UHGV virus genome: UHGV-0038495
From: a virus
DNA: 64,000 nucleotides
Direction: 5' to 3' (one strand)
Part shown: piece after piece, positions 47,014 to 56,062 of the stretch
Layout: each line of letters starts with the position of its first letter
How positions within the stretch are numbered: position 1 is the stretch's first letter
The notes under the pieces: model-generated
Seen by the model: the letters and a program-made list of their open reading frames with translations, nothing else
Told to the model about the DNA's origin: nothing
Databases searched by the model: none
Translations under genes and position numbers: made by a program

Positions 47014-47436
47014 TTAAAATGTTTCAATAACCATTAAAGTAAGTATTGCGCTTGTTGCAGCAGACAATGTAAATGTAAGTGTATTAGTGGTCGCACTTAC
47101 TGCTGTAATTTTCGCATAATCTTCATCAGAACCACTTGCTTTTGCAATTAGTGGCGGCTGTGCAAACTGCGCGCCAGTTACTGTAATTACCTTAGAGCCT
47201 GAAGAGCCAGAAGGTAAAGCCACTGTCCAATTTCTACAATAAGCCCCTTTTGGTTGATAAGCCTCATCTGCAACGGGTTTTGTTAATGTGCCATCATACA
47301 ATTGTTTTCTTTCTGATGAACTTACATCCATAAAGATTTTCCCAGTATCTGTAGTAAAATAAATAGAACCTTCATCTTTCGCAGTTGGCAGATTGGCTTC
47401 TTTACCTTTTTTAAATTTTACTTTTACTTTTGCCAT
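47014..47436 (-). CDS. Virion structural protein (short fibre-like)
   Basis: Its N-terminus MAKVKVKFKKG....YFTTDTGKIFMD is shared with the tail-fibre ORF 47613..48896. Ala/Thr/Ser-rich. Confidence 0.4.
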   Translation of the reverse strand: MAKVKVKFKKGKEANLPTAKDEGSIYFTTDTGKIFMDVSSSERKQLYDGTLTKPVADEAYQPKGAYCRNWTVALPSGSSGSKVITVTGAQFAQPPLIAKASGSDEDYAKITAVSATTNTLTFTLSAATSAILTLMVIETF

Positions 47437-47612
47437 TTTATAAACTCCTTTTTACAAAGGTTGGAATATAAACATAAAAAACGTTTTTTATAATTGTATT
47501 CATGCTCTATAATTGAATTATCATTACCGGCTAATTTTAATTCAAGAGCAATAATTCCTTAAAAAGAAAGGGCGCATTTTACTGCACCCTTTGTATAGAT
47601 ATTACTTATTGA

Positions 47613-48896
47613 TTAAAAAGTACCCCAAGCCATAGCTTTATCAGTATATGCTTTTGCATTTGTTTCAGCGGTGCCAGCTTTAGTAGTTGCATCAGTTGCT
47701 GCGGCTTTTACCGCTTCAGTCTTAGCTGTTGCAATAAGACCCGCAACATCAAGTTCTCCGATTGCTGTGATTACACCATCAACTTGAGTTATCTTATTGA
47801 TAGCTTTGCCAGTAGCAGCAGTCTTTACAGCATCAAGTTTACCAATAGCAGTCTTAATCTGAGTTGCTACATTACCACCATCACCAAGTGCATCATTAAC
47901 CTTAGTTTCTAATGCTGTAATTTTACCAGTTGCGCCCTCGACAGCTTTCTTCACGCCACGGATAGTTTCAGCAGCTGGAGTAGTTTCATCACCGAGTAAT
48001 TCAGTCTTAACGCCTGCGGCTGTGCCTGCTCCATCAAATGCTTCTGAATTTTGATATGCAGCAGAACCAAGACCATGAATCTTTACACCTTCACCGTCTA
48101 CAAGGATTTCACCATTCACAGTACCTTCTGCAACAGTCTGAACTGCTGAGTCAGCTTTACCAAGTGAATCCTGTACAGCTTGTTCAAGCTTAGCCTTAGT
48201 TACATTCTTATCAGCAATCTTACCAGTAGTAACTGCTGCATCAGCAATCTTATCTGTTGAAACGCCGCCATCTACTAAAGTTGCAGAAACTTCATGACCA
48301 TTGGCGCCACCAAATGCAAGCTGAACTTCTGTAGCACCTTCAGCGGCAGTATAAATATCAACCAGACCAGCTACATTAATATAAATCTTATCTTGCGTAG
48401 TATTTGCAAGAGTTAAGCAAATATAAGTACCTGGCTCCTGCCCTTTTGGATCTTTAACAACTTCACCCCTAGATACTACCATATCCTTTGGAATATCAAT
48501 AACTGTAATCTGCTTACCATTCTGAGAGAATGTATAAGACTTAGACATTCCTTCTGTAGTTGTTTCTGTTGAAACTGTTACTGCGCCAGCGCTCTGAGCG
48601 TTTTTAATGTCATTTGCTAACTTTACAATAGCCGCAGAAACAGTTGCGCCTACCTTAGCAAAATCACCTACTGTACCGATATTATCTTCAACAATCTTTA
48701 CTCTTGCATCATTATCAGTCTTATAAGTTTCAAGCGCATTTTTAAGAGTTTCTACTTCTGGGTGGTTAGAAAGAAGCTGTTTACCTAAGTAAAGTTCATC
48801 AGTATCTGTAAGATAATAGAAAGTCTTATTATCAGGAGCTGCTATAGCCTTAAAAGCTGTTGAAGTACCACGTAAAAATTTTACATCATATGCCAT
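47613..48896 (-). CDS. Tail fibre protein
   Basis: Ala/Gly/Thr-rich. Repeated ..TDKIADAAVTTGKIADKNVTKAKL.. fibre repeats. N-terminal domain shared with 47014..47436. Confidence 0.55.
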   Translation of the reverse strand: MAYDVKFLRGTSTAFKAIAAPDNKTFYYLTDTDELYLGKQLLSNHPEVETLKNALETYKTDNDARVKIVEDNIGTVGDFAKVGATVSAAIVKLANDIKNAQSAGAVTVSTETTTEGMSKSYTFSQNGKQITVIDIPKDMVVSRGEVVKDPKGQEPGTYICLTLANTTQDKIYINVAGLVDIYTAAEGATEVQLAFGGANGHEVSATLVDGGVSTDKIADAAVTTGKIADKNVTKAKLEQAVQDSLGKADSAVQTVAEGTVNGEILVDGEGVKIHGLGSAAYQNSEAFDGAGTAAGVKTELLGDETTPAAETIRGVKKAVEGATGKITALETKVNDALGDGGNVATQIKTAIGKLDAVKTAATGKAINKITQVDGVITAIGELDVAGLIATAKTEAVKAAATDATTKAGTAETNAKAYTDKAMAWGTF

Positions 48897-48929
48897 ATAT
48901 GTATTTTCCTACCTTTCAAAAATAAAGAA

Positions 48930-49643
48930 CTAACCTTCCAAATATGGAAGTTGTGTAAGTACACCATCAATATAAACTTTACCTCTCGATTCTACAGTTA
49001 CAAGAGGTGTATCATTAGAACCCACGTAGTAATAAGCTACTTGTTCACTTGGAATTGTTAAATTATTGATATTTACTGTCATATTCGCAAAACTTGTTGT
49101 TTGTCTTCCATACGGTTGTATACAAATTAATCCCGCCCATTCATCATCTGTAGTTTTGAGAACAGTATTACCCTTTACGTTTATTGTGCAAACAGGTTCT
49201 TGTTTAATACCAATGCGCACTCCACCAGTAAGTTCAAAAACATTATTATTTATGTCAATAGTCGCGCCTTCTGCTGCGCCATATAGATTAATATGGTTGT
49301 GAGTGCAACTATTTTCAACAAAATAATTATTAGAGAATGACGAACCATTTTTCAGTTTAGTATTTAATTCAAGCATATTATAAACTGTATTATTGTTCGT
49401 ACCAAAGAAACAATAGGTAACAGAAATCTTTGTTTCTTTGTCTCCTAAAGTTTTTAACCAATAACCCTTAGAAGTGGTTGAGTCTGGGTCGTTAGAAAGA
49501 TTATAAATTCTACAGTTAGTTATCACTAATTCTTCAGCATTTATAACTCTTATATACCCTTCTTCAGTAAAATCAAAACCATCCAAAATTACTGTTTTAC
49601 CTTCTCCATTAATGGTAATTGGTTTGGTGATTTTTGTTGCCAC
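48930..49643 (-). CDS. Right-handed beta-helix protein (tailspike or depolymerase-like)
   Basis: Asn-rich. Repeated ..N..V.N../..NN.F. strands typical of pectate-lyase-like folds. Within the structural block. Confidence 0.4.
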   Translation of the reverse strand: MATKITKPITINGEGKTVILDGFDFTEEGYIRVINAEELVITNCRIYNLSNDPDSTTSKGYWLKTLGDKETKISVTYCFFGTNNNTVYNMLELNTKLKNGSSFSNNYFVENSCTHNHINLYGAAEGATIDINNNVFELTGGVRIGIKQEPVCTINVKGNTVLKTTDDEWAGLICIQPYGRQTTSFANMTVNINNLTIPSEQVAYYYVGSNDTPLVTVESRGKVYIDGVLTQLPYLEG

Positions 49644-49982
49644 TTACATCACCTCCTGCTTGAAATTTTGTTTTACGCCCGCGGCGCTACCAGCAAACTT
49701 AGCGCTTGCTGCAACCGCAAGAGGTCGTGAAACATCACAATTACAAGTTATTTCTACAGGATCTTCTGCAAAAGTGGCTTCTGACAGAATAGAAGAAATG
49801 TCGTCAACTGAATTCGCGGTATATGTATTGCCAAAACTGCCCCACTGGCGCGTTTCTTCTAAGCTATCTATTGCTTTTTTTAAATCTGCTATTGTTGTAT
49901 CATCTAATTTAGCTAAAAGCGCATCAACGAATTGCTTATTAACTAAATCAGTATTATCATTAATTCTTGCATTTAATCTCAA
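49644..49982 (-). CDS. structural-module hypothetical protein
   Basis: ORF in the tail gene block. Confidence 0.35.
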   Translation of the reverse strand: MRLNARINDNTDLVNKQFVDALLAKLDDTTIADLKKAIDSLEETRQWGSFGNTYTANSVDDISSILSEATFAEDPVEITCNCDVSRPLAVAASAKFAGSAAGVKQNFKQEVM

Positions 49983-49995
49983 ATTAATTCACTCC

Positions 49996-50592
49996 TTAGT
50001 TTAAATAAGCAGTTCCCTTAACAGGTTCATCAAAATGAATTGTTAAAGTATTATCGTTTACATATTCTATATCACCTAAAACACTCTCGCGTCCATTATC
50101 AAAATCACCTATGATAGTAACAGAAGGATATTTCTTCATATCATGTTTGATAGTCCAAACATCTGCGGCTTCCGTTTGAGCGTAAATAAATGTTTTATCA
50201 GAACCATCTGGAATACCTTCAAGGAAAATCTTATAATAATTTTCATCTGTAACTGGTGTTCCTGCTGGCGTATCCTTTAAAGTGATATAAACATTACCAT
50301 TAAAACTAACAGTAGTCATTGCCTCATATGCCTTAGTCGGATCATAAACACCGCCGGCTTTGATTGTGGCGATAGAACCTGGAGTATCAGATCCTCCACT
50401 AGTGCTCGTATTTTTTACATGCCACTGCGCATCATGTCCTAAGATATATTCGGTAGAATTAGCGATACAATAAGCTGTGCTACCCGGTTGAATTTTTACT
50501 GGGAGCGCGTTCAAATCTTCAAGAGTATCACAAGTGTAATGTTTTAAACCATACACCGGATGACCATTTTGATAAGAAATTGATGAAGCCAT
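49996..50592 (-). CDS. structural-module hypothetical protein
   Basis: ORF in the tail gene block. Preceded by a 24-nt conserved upstream element. Confidence 0.4.
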   Translation of the reverse strand: MASSISYQNGHPVYGLKHYTCDTLEDLNALPVKIQPGSTAYCIANSTEYILGHDAQWHVKNTSTSGGSDTPGSIATIKAGGVYDPTKAYEAMTTVSFNGNVYITLKDTPAGTPVTDENYYKIFLEGIPDGSDKTFIYAQTEAADVWTIKHDMKKYPSVTIIGDFDNGRESVLGDIEYVNDNTLTIHFDEPVKGTAYLN

Positions 50593-50678
50593 TGTATAAC
50601 TCCTTGCTTATGTTGTTTATTATTTCCTATTGTATATAAAAAATAATTTCAGCAGCTTATAGAAGAATGCCCAAAAAA

Positions 50679-51434
50679 TTAATCTGTCGTTGATTCAACA
50701 AAAGGAAAGACATAATAATAAGAATCGTCTCCCGTAGATTTTAAAGTTTTTCCTGTTGTAGAGTCGTATTCATAAGTAATTTTTGAGGTTAAATTATCAA
50801 TTAAAACAGTTGGACTGTGTGTTGTTTGTGCGGTAAAAGGTTTTAACCATAAAATTCTTAAACCGGGTTCAGAAGCCGCCCATAAACTTCCAATAACTAT
50901 TATATAAGATTTTGTCGGGTCTAAAGAAATTGTTGCATTAGTATTATCATCACCCTCAATATATCCCTTTAATGTTTGCGCAGTTCCCACTACGCCCGCT
51001 ATTGTATTACCTTTTGCTATTTTATCTGCGGTAATTTTATATCCTTGTGTGACTGCTCCAACTGGAATTCCTATTTGAGTTGTTTGGTCAATAAGCCATC
51101 TTTGAGAAGTATCTTGATAAAACAATCTTGCTTCAAGATTGTTCGTAGAAGGTGAAACAGTGCAAGTTATTTGAGGTGCTAAGAAAATATCTTTATGTGT
51201 TGGAAAGCATCCATCTTTAATAGTTCCAGTTACTTTCTCTGGTCCATTAGTATAAGCAGTTTTACCCTCTACAATATCTGCGGCAGTAGCAGTACCATCA
51301 AAATTAAAAGTTGCAGTATTATCTATAGCATCAATAGCGCTTGGAAAGTCAGAAGCTTTTATTTTATCAGCTGAACCTGTTTTATTTCTAATCGCAGCCG
51401 CAATAGAAGAAAAGAGTGTTGTTAAATCAGTCAT
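50679..51434 (-). CDS. structural-module hypothetical protein
   Basis: ORF in the tail gene block. Confidence 0.4.
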   Translation of the reverse strand: MTDLTTLFSSIAAAIRNKTGSADKIKASDFPSAIDAIDNTATFNFDGTATAADIVEGKTAYTNGPEKVTGTIKDGCFPTHKDIFLAPQITCTVSPSTNNLEARLFYQDTSQRWLIDQTTQIGIPVGAVTQGYKITADKIAKGNTIAGVVGTAQTLKGYIEGDDNTNATISLDPTKSYIIVIGSLWAASEPGLRILWLKPFTAQTTHSPTVLIDNLTSKITYEYDSTTGKTLKSTGDDSYYYVFPFVESTTD

Positions 51435-51631
51435 TAATAACTCGCCTCCATTGCTGCACCAACCGCTGTAGAAATAGCTTTATCTACATATTCCTTAGTT
51501 ACTATACTATTTATATTTCCTAAAGCTTTATTAAAATCTTCTTCTGTACCAGTATAACCACCTGCAAGAGCATAAAGATAAGCAGACTTACCACTACCGG
51601 CAACTTGAATACCATTTACTGTAAAAGCCAT
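51434..51631 (-). CDS. structural-module small protein
   Basis: AAGGAGG ribosome-binding site. Preceded by the same 24-nt conserved upstream element. Confidence 0.4.
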   Translation of the reverse strand: MAFTVNGIQVAGSGKSAYLYALAGGYTGTEEDFNKALGNINSIVTKEYVDKAISTAVGAAMEASY

Positions 51632-51806
51632 TTTATCCTCCTTTATTTTATTTCCTATTGTATATAAAAAATGTGTTGCGTGCTTTGCAGTAAAATGACC
51701 AGAAAAATTTACTAAACCACTTTTCGTTCTGAGAAGTCGGTTTAAGTGGTCGTCTGCCGCGCGAGCATTTGCCTAAAGATCTCGCACCTACTTTCGCGCA
51801 TAATAA

Positions 51807-51832
51807 AAGAGCTATCAATTAAGATAGCTCTT
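51807..51832 (-). terminator. Intrinsic terminator (10-bp stem, loop AATTAA, T-tract) after the tRNA cluster
   Basis: Minus strand AAGAGCTATC-TTAATT-GATAGCTCTT followed by TTTATTA. Confidence 0.5.
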
Positions 51833-51866
51833 TAAATAAAGAGGGACTAAAGATGTGTAAACAAAC

Positions 51867-51958
51867 TGGAGGAAGGAGTGAGATTCGAACTCACATGCCG
51901 AAGAACTTCGACCTAACGCTTTAGCAGAGCGCCCTCTTTACCATTTGAGTACCCTTCC
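51867..51958 (-). tRNA. tRNA-Ser (GCU), class II with long variable arm, CCA encoded
   Basis: Acceptor GGAAGGG/TCCTTCC. Anticodon stem GCGCU/AGCGU, loop CU-GCU-AA. 7-bp variable-arm hairpin GTCGAAG-TT-CTTCGGC. T arm GTGAG-TTCGAAT-CTCAC. Ends TCCA. Confidence 0.8.
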
Positions 51959-52312
51959 TTATCTATATCCTACTTTATCATACATTGGCGCGAATGTCTT
52001 TACTCTATTATGAGTTACAATACCTAACAATTTCTTTTTATTATCTTTTTCTTTAATATAAATCTTGGATTCATCTGTACTGACCGCGCCTCTACCTTTA
52101 GGGTACGTAAACCGCTTCGCGCATTTTTCAAGATATTTCATATCAACCGTTGGTATTTCCATGCGCCCAGCAGAACTAATTATAATGAATACTGGTAAGC
52201 CATCCTTGTTAAAATAAGGATTGGCTTCAGCAATCTTACCACACCAATCTATATGAAATTCAGAATGAACATCTGTAGTTATAAGGTGTGTCTTTATCTT
52301 TACCTCTTGCAT
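51959..52312 (-). CDS. hypothetical protein
   Basis: ORF on the coding strand between tRNAs. Confidence 0.35.
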   Translation of the reverse strand: MQEVKIKTHLITTDVHSEFHIDWCGKIAEANPYFNKDGLPVFIIISSAGRMEIPTVDMKYLEKCAKRFTYPKGRGAVSTDESKIYIKEKDNKKKLLGIVTHNRVKTFAPMYDKVGYR

Positions 52313-52314
52313 AT

Positions 52315-52521
52315 TTATCTCCTTTGTAAGTTTGCGAAAAAATCTGTTATATCTTTATTTTCTTTTCTTGTTTCTATTGTTTCACTTGGTTCTATACTAT
52401 TTGTTTTATGATTTGGATTATTTTCTTTCCAACATTTCAAAAAATGTCTTGACATTCTACTTTCTTTTTCATTTTCAAATTCGCATTTACATATTGGGCA
52501 AATATACATTTTATTCTCCAT
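52315..52521 (-). CDS. Small zinc-ribbon protein
   Basis: CPICKC....H..C. Confidence 0.35.
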   Translation of the reverse strand: MENKMYICPICKCEFENEKESRMSRHFLKCWKENNPNHKTNSIEPSETIETRKENKDITDFFANLQRR

Positions 52522-52875
52522 TTTAAGTTTTCAGGTTTAGATTAAATTGGCGGCGGATGAAGGTAACGCTCCTTCTCTTTTTGGGTCAAAGCCAAATGTA
52601 CTAACTTTTATACGAATCCGCTATATTAAAGCGGGTTCTAAGGTCAACCCGCAGACCGTTCAGAAAGGGGACAAAAAATGAATAAAAAAATATCTTCAAA
52701 TGGAAACTTAAGCCTTTCTAAGTTTCCTCTCTAATTTTCTCTTTACTCCCGGAGATTTCATATTAATTTCTCTCGCGTTAAGTTTTGCAAGTCGCGCACT
52801 ATAAATTGCTTTCTTCTGTTCTCTTGTCATAATCTTTCTCCTTTAGTATATCTTCAAATTCTTTCCTTTTTTTAT

Positions 52876-52950
52876 TGGTGCGCCCGGACGGTTACGATCC
52901 GACCTAATCGAAATTAAAAGTTTCGTGCCTCTCCACTAGGCTACGGGCAC
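52876..52950 (-). tRNA. tRNA-Lys (UUU), non-canonical T arm
   Basis: Perfect 7-bp acceptor GTGCCCG/CGGGCGC plus ACCA. D stem GCCT/AGGC. Anticodon stem CGAAA/TTTCG, loop CU-UUU-AA. T stem has one T-T mismatch and the T loop is ATCGTAA rather than TTCRANY. Confidence 0.5.
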
Positions 52951-52954
52951 ATGT

Positions 52955-53030
52955 TGGTGGAGGTTAAGAGATTCGAACTCTTGACCTTCTGCGTGCAAAG
53001 CAGATGCTCTCCCAACTGAGCTAAACCCCC
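52955..53030 (-). tRNA. tRNA-Ala (UGC), CCA encoded
   Basis: Acceptor GGGGGTT/AACCTCC with the G3-U70 Ala identity pair. D arm GCTCAGTTGGGAGAGC. Anticodon loop UU-UGC-AC. T arm AAGAG-TTCGAAT-CTCTT. Confidence 0.8.
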
Positions 53031-53367
53031 ATTTATTCCTTTTTCCTCCGTCAGAGCAGATTAAGGATAACTGGCACGCGTACTATAAGGATTTTCTCCC
53101 TCAAGCGGAAAACCCGTTAGAAAATAACTACTTCTAATTTAGCAAATCTATACCTTAGACCTATCGAAGAAACATTTTAAAGCAATCGACTTCCGCGGGT
53201 GCAACTACTTTGCAATGCTACCGTATCTTTAGTGATGTGTATAAATCAGTATCCGAGAGACGCCACGAGGAGGCATTAGAAGACTTTTTATCTCTCATAA
53301 GTGGAAGCTGCAATCTCCCACTTTATCTATCATAATGTGAGGAGGTGAATTATGATACATTTCATGC

Positions 53368-53441
53368 TGGAGCCAATAACGAGAATCGAACTCATAACTA
53401 AGCCTTACCATGGCTTTGTTTTACCTTTAAACTATATCGGC
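53368..53441 (-). tRNA. tRNA-Thr (GGU), CCA encoded
   Basis: Acceptor GCCGATA/TATTGGC (one G-U). D arm GTTT-AAAGGTA-AAAC. Anticodon stem AAGCC/GGCTT, loop AU-GGU-AA. T arm ATGAG-TTCGATT-CTCGT. Confidence 0.7.
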
Positions 53442-53861
53442 ATTTCTGATATTAGTCATTCAAATGAATGTGCAGGTTGAACCACGTGCAGGTTTCAGAT
53501 TTCTCAACCCTTACGGGCTTTTTGCAAGCCCGCATTTGAAAGGAAGGTAATTTAAAAATGTTTATCTATATAAAAGGATTTTTGCATGATAAGCGGCTAA
53601 GGGTTAATTATTTAACACTTTTGCATCTTAGCCGCATCAACCTTTTTTTATAAAATTAAAAGCGGGCGTTAAAACGAAAGTTAATCAGACTTTTAATAAA
53701 AAGGAAACGCCTTTGCTTTTAAAGTTGCGTTTTGCGGAAGGTAAGTAAAATATTTTCTAAGCCTATAAAAAGGAACCTTCTATGCAAAACTCTATATTTA
53801 TAAAAAGCGAAGAGTAAAACACTTGCAACAATAATATCCCGAAAAGGAACTCTTTATGCTT

Positions 53862-53905
53862 TTTATTACATATTTATTATAACAAAATTTTTTATATTTG
53901 TAAAA
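53862..53905 (-). promoter_or_regulatory. Promoter cassette copy upstream of the tRNA cluster (first of two tandem copies)
   Basis: ttattacatatttattataacaaaattttttatatttg. The same 30-nt core recurs at 53966..54008. Confidence 0.45.
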
Positions 53906-53965
53906 AGCGAAGAGTAGGATTTTAATATTTTAAGTATTATAATAAAGGAACTCTTTGTGCTTTTA

Positions 53966-54008
53966 TTACATATTTATTATAACAAAATTTTTGAAGTTTT
54001 TAAACAAA
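53966..54008 (-). promoter_or_regulatory. Promoter cassette copy upstream of the tRNA cluster (second tandem copy)
   Basis: ttattacatatttattataacaaaatttttgaagtttt. Confidence 0.45.
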
Positions 54009-54176
54009 CACTTTTTTCTTTGCTACAAGCACTTGTTTTAGTTGATGAACAGTTATTCGCTGCCGAAAGTTTTTTTCGTCTTGGTTAAGTCGAAACTTTG
54101 TAGCGCACTTTCAAAACCTCACTTACCATACCTTCTTTGATTTAAAAGAGTGAAGCATAAGTAGTAACTTCTCTTT

Positions 54177-54220
54177 AACTTTCTATAATTATTATAACAA
54201 AATTTTTATTATTTTTCAAT
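54177..54220 (-). promoter_or_regulatory. Conserved promoter cassette copy
   Basis: aactttctataattattataacaaaatttttattatttttcaa. Confidence 0.5.
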
Positions 54221-54247
54221 TAAGTTCTTTTTCTACAGCAAGCGCCA

Positions 54248-54913
54248 TTACCAATAAATACTTAACTGATTATTTGTTATTTCATATTCATATCCCTGCT
54301 CAGCAAGAATCTTTATTAAATCATTTAAGTGTTCCATAATACATTTTCCTACTACTACGCCACACTCCTCAAAATTCATGGAAGCACTTCTCTCACCTTC
54401 ATTTGCTTTGCCCATAATCAATATTCCGATATATGTTATAATAGAATCAAAATTGTTAAGTCTATTATTCGCAAGATTAATCATTTCATCTACGGATTTG
54501 ATATTATAATATTCTTCCATTGTTTCTTCCATTCTTACATTTAATAATAAATTATCTTCATCTTTTAACCATGCATCTAACACCTTACCACAACTCCAAT
54601 TATATACATTATGAAGTGCACAGTAATCGCAATCTATATCTTCATCTAGACATTTACATATGCCTAATTTAATATTTTCTTTTCTTTTATCTATTGCGAC
54701 ATTATCAACAAGAAGAGAGAGAATTTTATCTTCCCACTCTTTATCATTCCACTTAGACAATAACCATTCAAGAGAAATATCTTCAACATCTAAAGTATTT
54801 TCTTCTTCATCTAATATTAATATATCTTTCTTGAAGAAATCTTTTCCATCTGTTCTATATGTCTGTATTATTATATCTGCCAAAGCATCTTTATATTTAT
54901 CATAATTTCTCAT
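54248..54913 (-). CDS. Cys-x2-Cys family protein, intact two-module copy
   Basis: N-module M.NYDKYK..LADI.IQ.Y.TDG.....LGICKCLDEDIDCDYCA....W.CG....WLKDED. C-module MEEYYNIKSVDEMINL....NFDSIITYIGILIMGKANEG. Colinear with the split pair 55652..56038 plus 55471..55671. Confidence 0.5.
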   Translation of the reverse strand: MRNYDKYKDALADIIIQTYRTDGKDFFKKDILILDEEENTLDVEDISLEWLLSKWNDKEWEDKILSLLVDNVAIDKRKENIKLGICKCLDEDIDCDYCALHNVYNWSCGKVLDAWLKDEDNLLLNVRMEETMEEYYNIKSVDEMINLANNRLNNFDSIITYIGILIMGKANEGERSASMNFEECGVVVGKCIMEHLNDLIKILAEQGYEYEITNNQLSIYW

Positions 54914-55094
54914 GTTATTTTCCTTTTATTTTTCTTTCTATAATTATTATAGCAAAATTTTTAAAGTTTTAAAAATGAGAGAATTTTGGTTGACGGTATT
55001 CACAGGTTTCTCTCAGAACCACCGGTAAAGTAATCTCTCAACCTTACAAATATATTATATCAAAAATTTTAAAGTTTTTGCAATAGAAAACAAA

Positions 55095-55337
55095 TTAATA
55101 ATTCATTGATAACTCAGCCTTTTTATGCGCCAGCGATACTGTGCGCTCTGCAATATCCAGTTCCATAATAGCACAATCAATAAACTCTTCATCAGCATAA
55201 TTAAATCTCTGTTCTGCCGCTTTCTTTTCTGCTATTGCAAATCTAAAATCTCTTACAGCTATATCATATACAGTTGGCACACTTTTCTTCTTAAACAATC
55301 TCATAAAAAGTCTCCTTTTTTCTATAAAAACAATCAT
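55095..55337 (-). CDS. hypothetical small protein
   Basis: ORF between the two duplicate copies. Confidence 0.3.
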   Translation of the reverse strand: MIVFIEKRRLFMRLFKKKSVPTVYDIAVRDFRFAIAEKKAAEQRFNYADEEFIDCAIMELDIAERTVSLAHKKAELSMNY

Positions 55338-55470
55338 CTAAATAGATTCTGAAATTACTATCTTCATACGTAAATAATATCTGTTTTAGTTATTATATTA
55401 ACTCCTTACCAGTGAATATGTAAGTAATGAGCTTCTATTTCACACTTGTATCCCTACTCAATGAGAATCT

Positions 55471-55671
55471 TTATTCACCTAAGTAACGCGTAAAGCATCT
55501 TCTTATAGATACACCATATTCTTCAAGATTTATATAAATTTCTTGCCCGCCTTCGTTTGCTTTACCTTCAATTAATCTTCCTATATATTTTATAATAGAA
55601 TCAAAATTATCAAGTTTATCATGCATAATTTCAACCATTTTATCAGCGGATTTAATATAATTCTGTTCCAT
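55471..55671 (-). pseudogene. C-module fragment of the duplicated Cys-x2-Cys gene (truncated)
   Basis: MEQNYIKSADKMVEIMHDKLDNFDSIIKYIGRLIEGKANEG... aligns with residues ~130-195 of the 221-aa copy. The downstream DNA still resembles the C-terminus of copy 1 but is out of frame and has a stop. Confidence 0.45.
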
Positions 55672-56038
55672 TGTCTATTACCTCATTACTTTCATCTTCT
55701 AGCCAGTGTCTTATTGAACGACTGCATCCCCAGTCAGACATATTAGCAAACGCGCAATGATTACAATTTATCTCATCGCAAGAGCATAAACCTAATGCAA
55801 TATCATTATCCTCACGGCTGTCTAATGCTATTGTATCTACAAGTTTACAAAGAATTTCAGGCTTCCACCAGAATTTTTCATCCCATCTTAAAAGAAGCCA
55901 ATCAAGCGGAATACTCTCAATACACTCAAAATCTTTTAATATTAAGTTATCTTTACTCCATAAAGATTCTCCATCTGTCTTATAATTCTGTATTACTATA
56001 TCTGCTAAAACTTCTTTATATTTATCATAATTCGTCAT
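55652..56038 (-). CDS. N-module fragment of the duplicated Cys-x2-Cys gene
   Basis: MTNYDKYKEVLADIVIQNYKTDGE....LGLCSCDEINCNHCAFANMSDWGCSRSIRHWLEDES. Overlaps the next ORF by 20 nt in another frame. Confidence 0.45.
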   Translation of the reverse strand: MTNYDKYKEVLADIVIQNYKTDGESLWSKDNLILKDFECIESIPLDWLLLRWDEKFWWKPEILCKLVDTIALDSREDNDIALGLCSCDEINCNHCAFANMSDWGCSRSIRHWLEDESNEVIDNGTELY

Positions 56039-56062
56039 ATTTATCCTCCAATTTATTTCTTT

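Noticed and set aside
51720-51800. GC-rich stretch (gtcgtctgccgcgcgagcatttgcc) as an additional RNA gene
   Set aside because: No tRNA-like folding and no conserved motif. Lies between the terminator and a structural gene promoter region. Left unassigned.
52560-52680. Possible tRNA or structured RNA at GGCGGAT...ATCCGC
   Set aside because: A 6-bp terminal pairing exists, but there is no D, anticodon or T-arm architecture and no TΨC-like loop. More likely a plain hairpin (GCGGGTT...AACCCGC nearby).
53352-53483. A plus-strand 43-aa ORF with a strong GAGGAGGTG Shine-Dalgarno sequence
   Set aside because: It overlaps tRNA-Thr on the opposite strand. The SD-like string is the complement of the CCTCC of the tRNA-Ala/Thr flanks and the tRNA T-arm region. 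No other plus-strand genes exist in the window.
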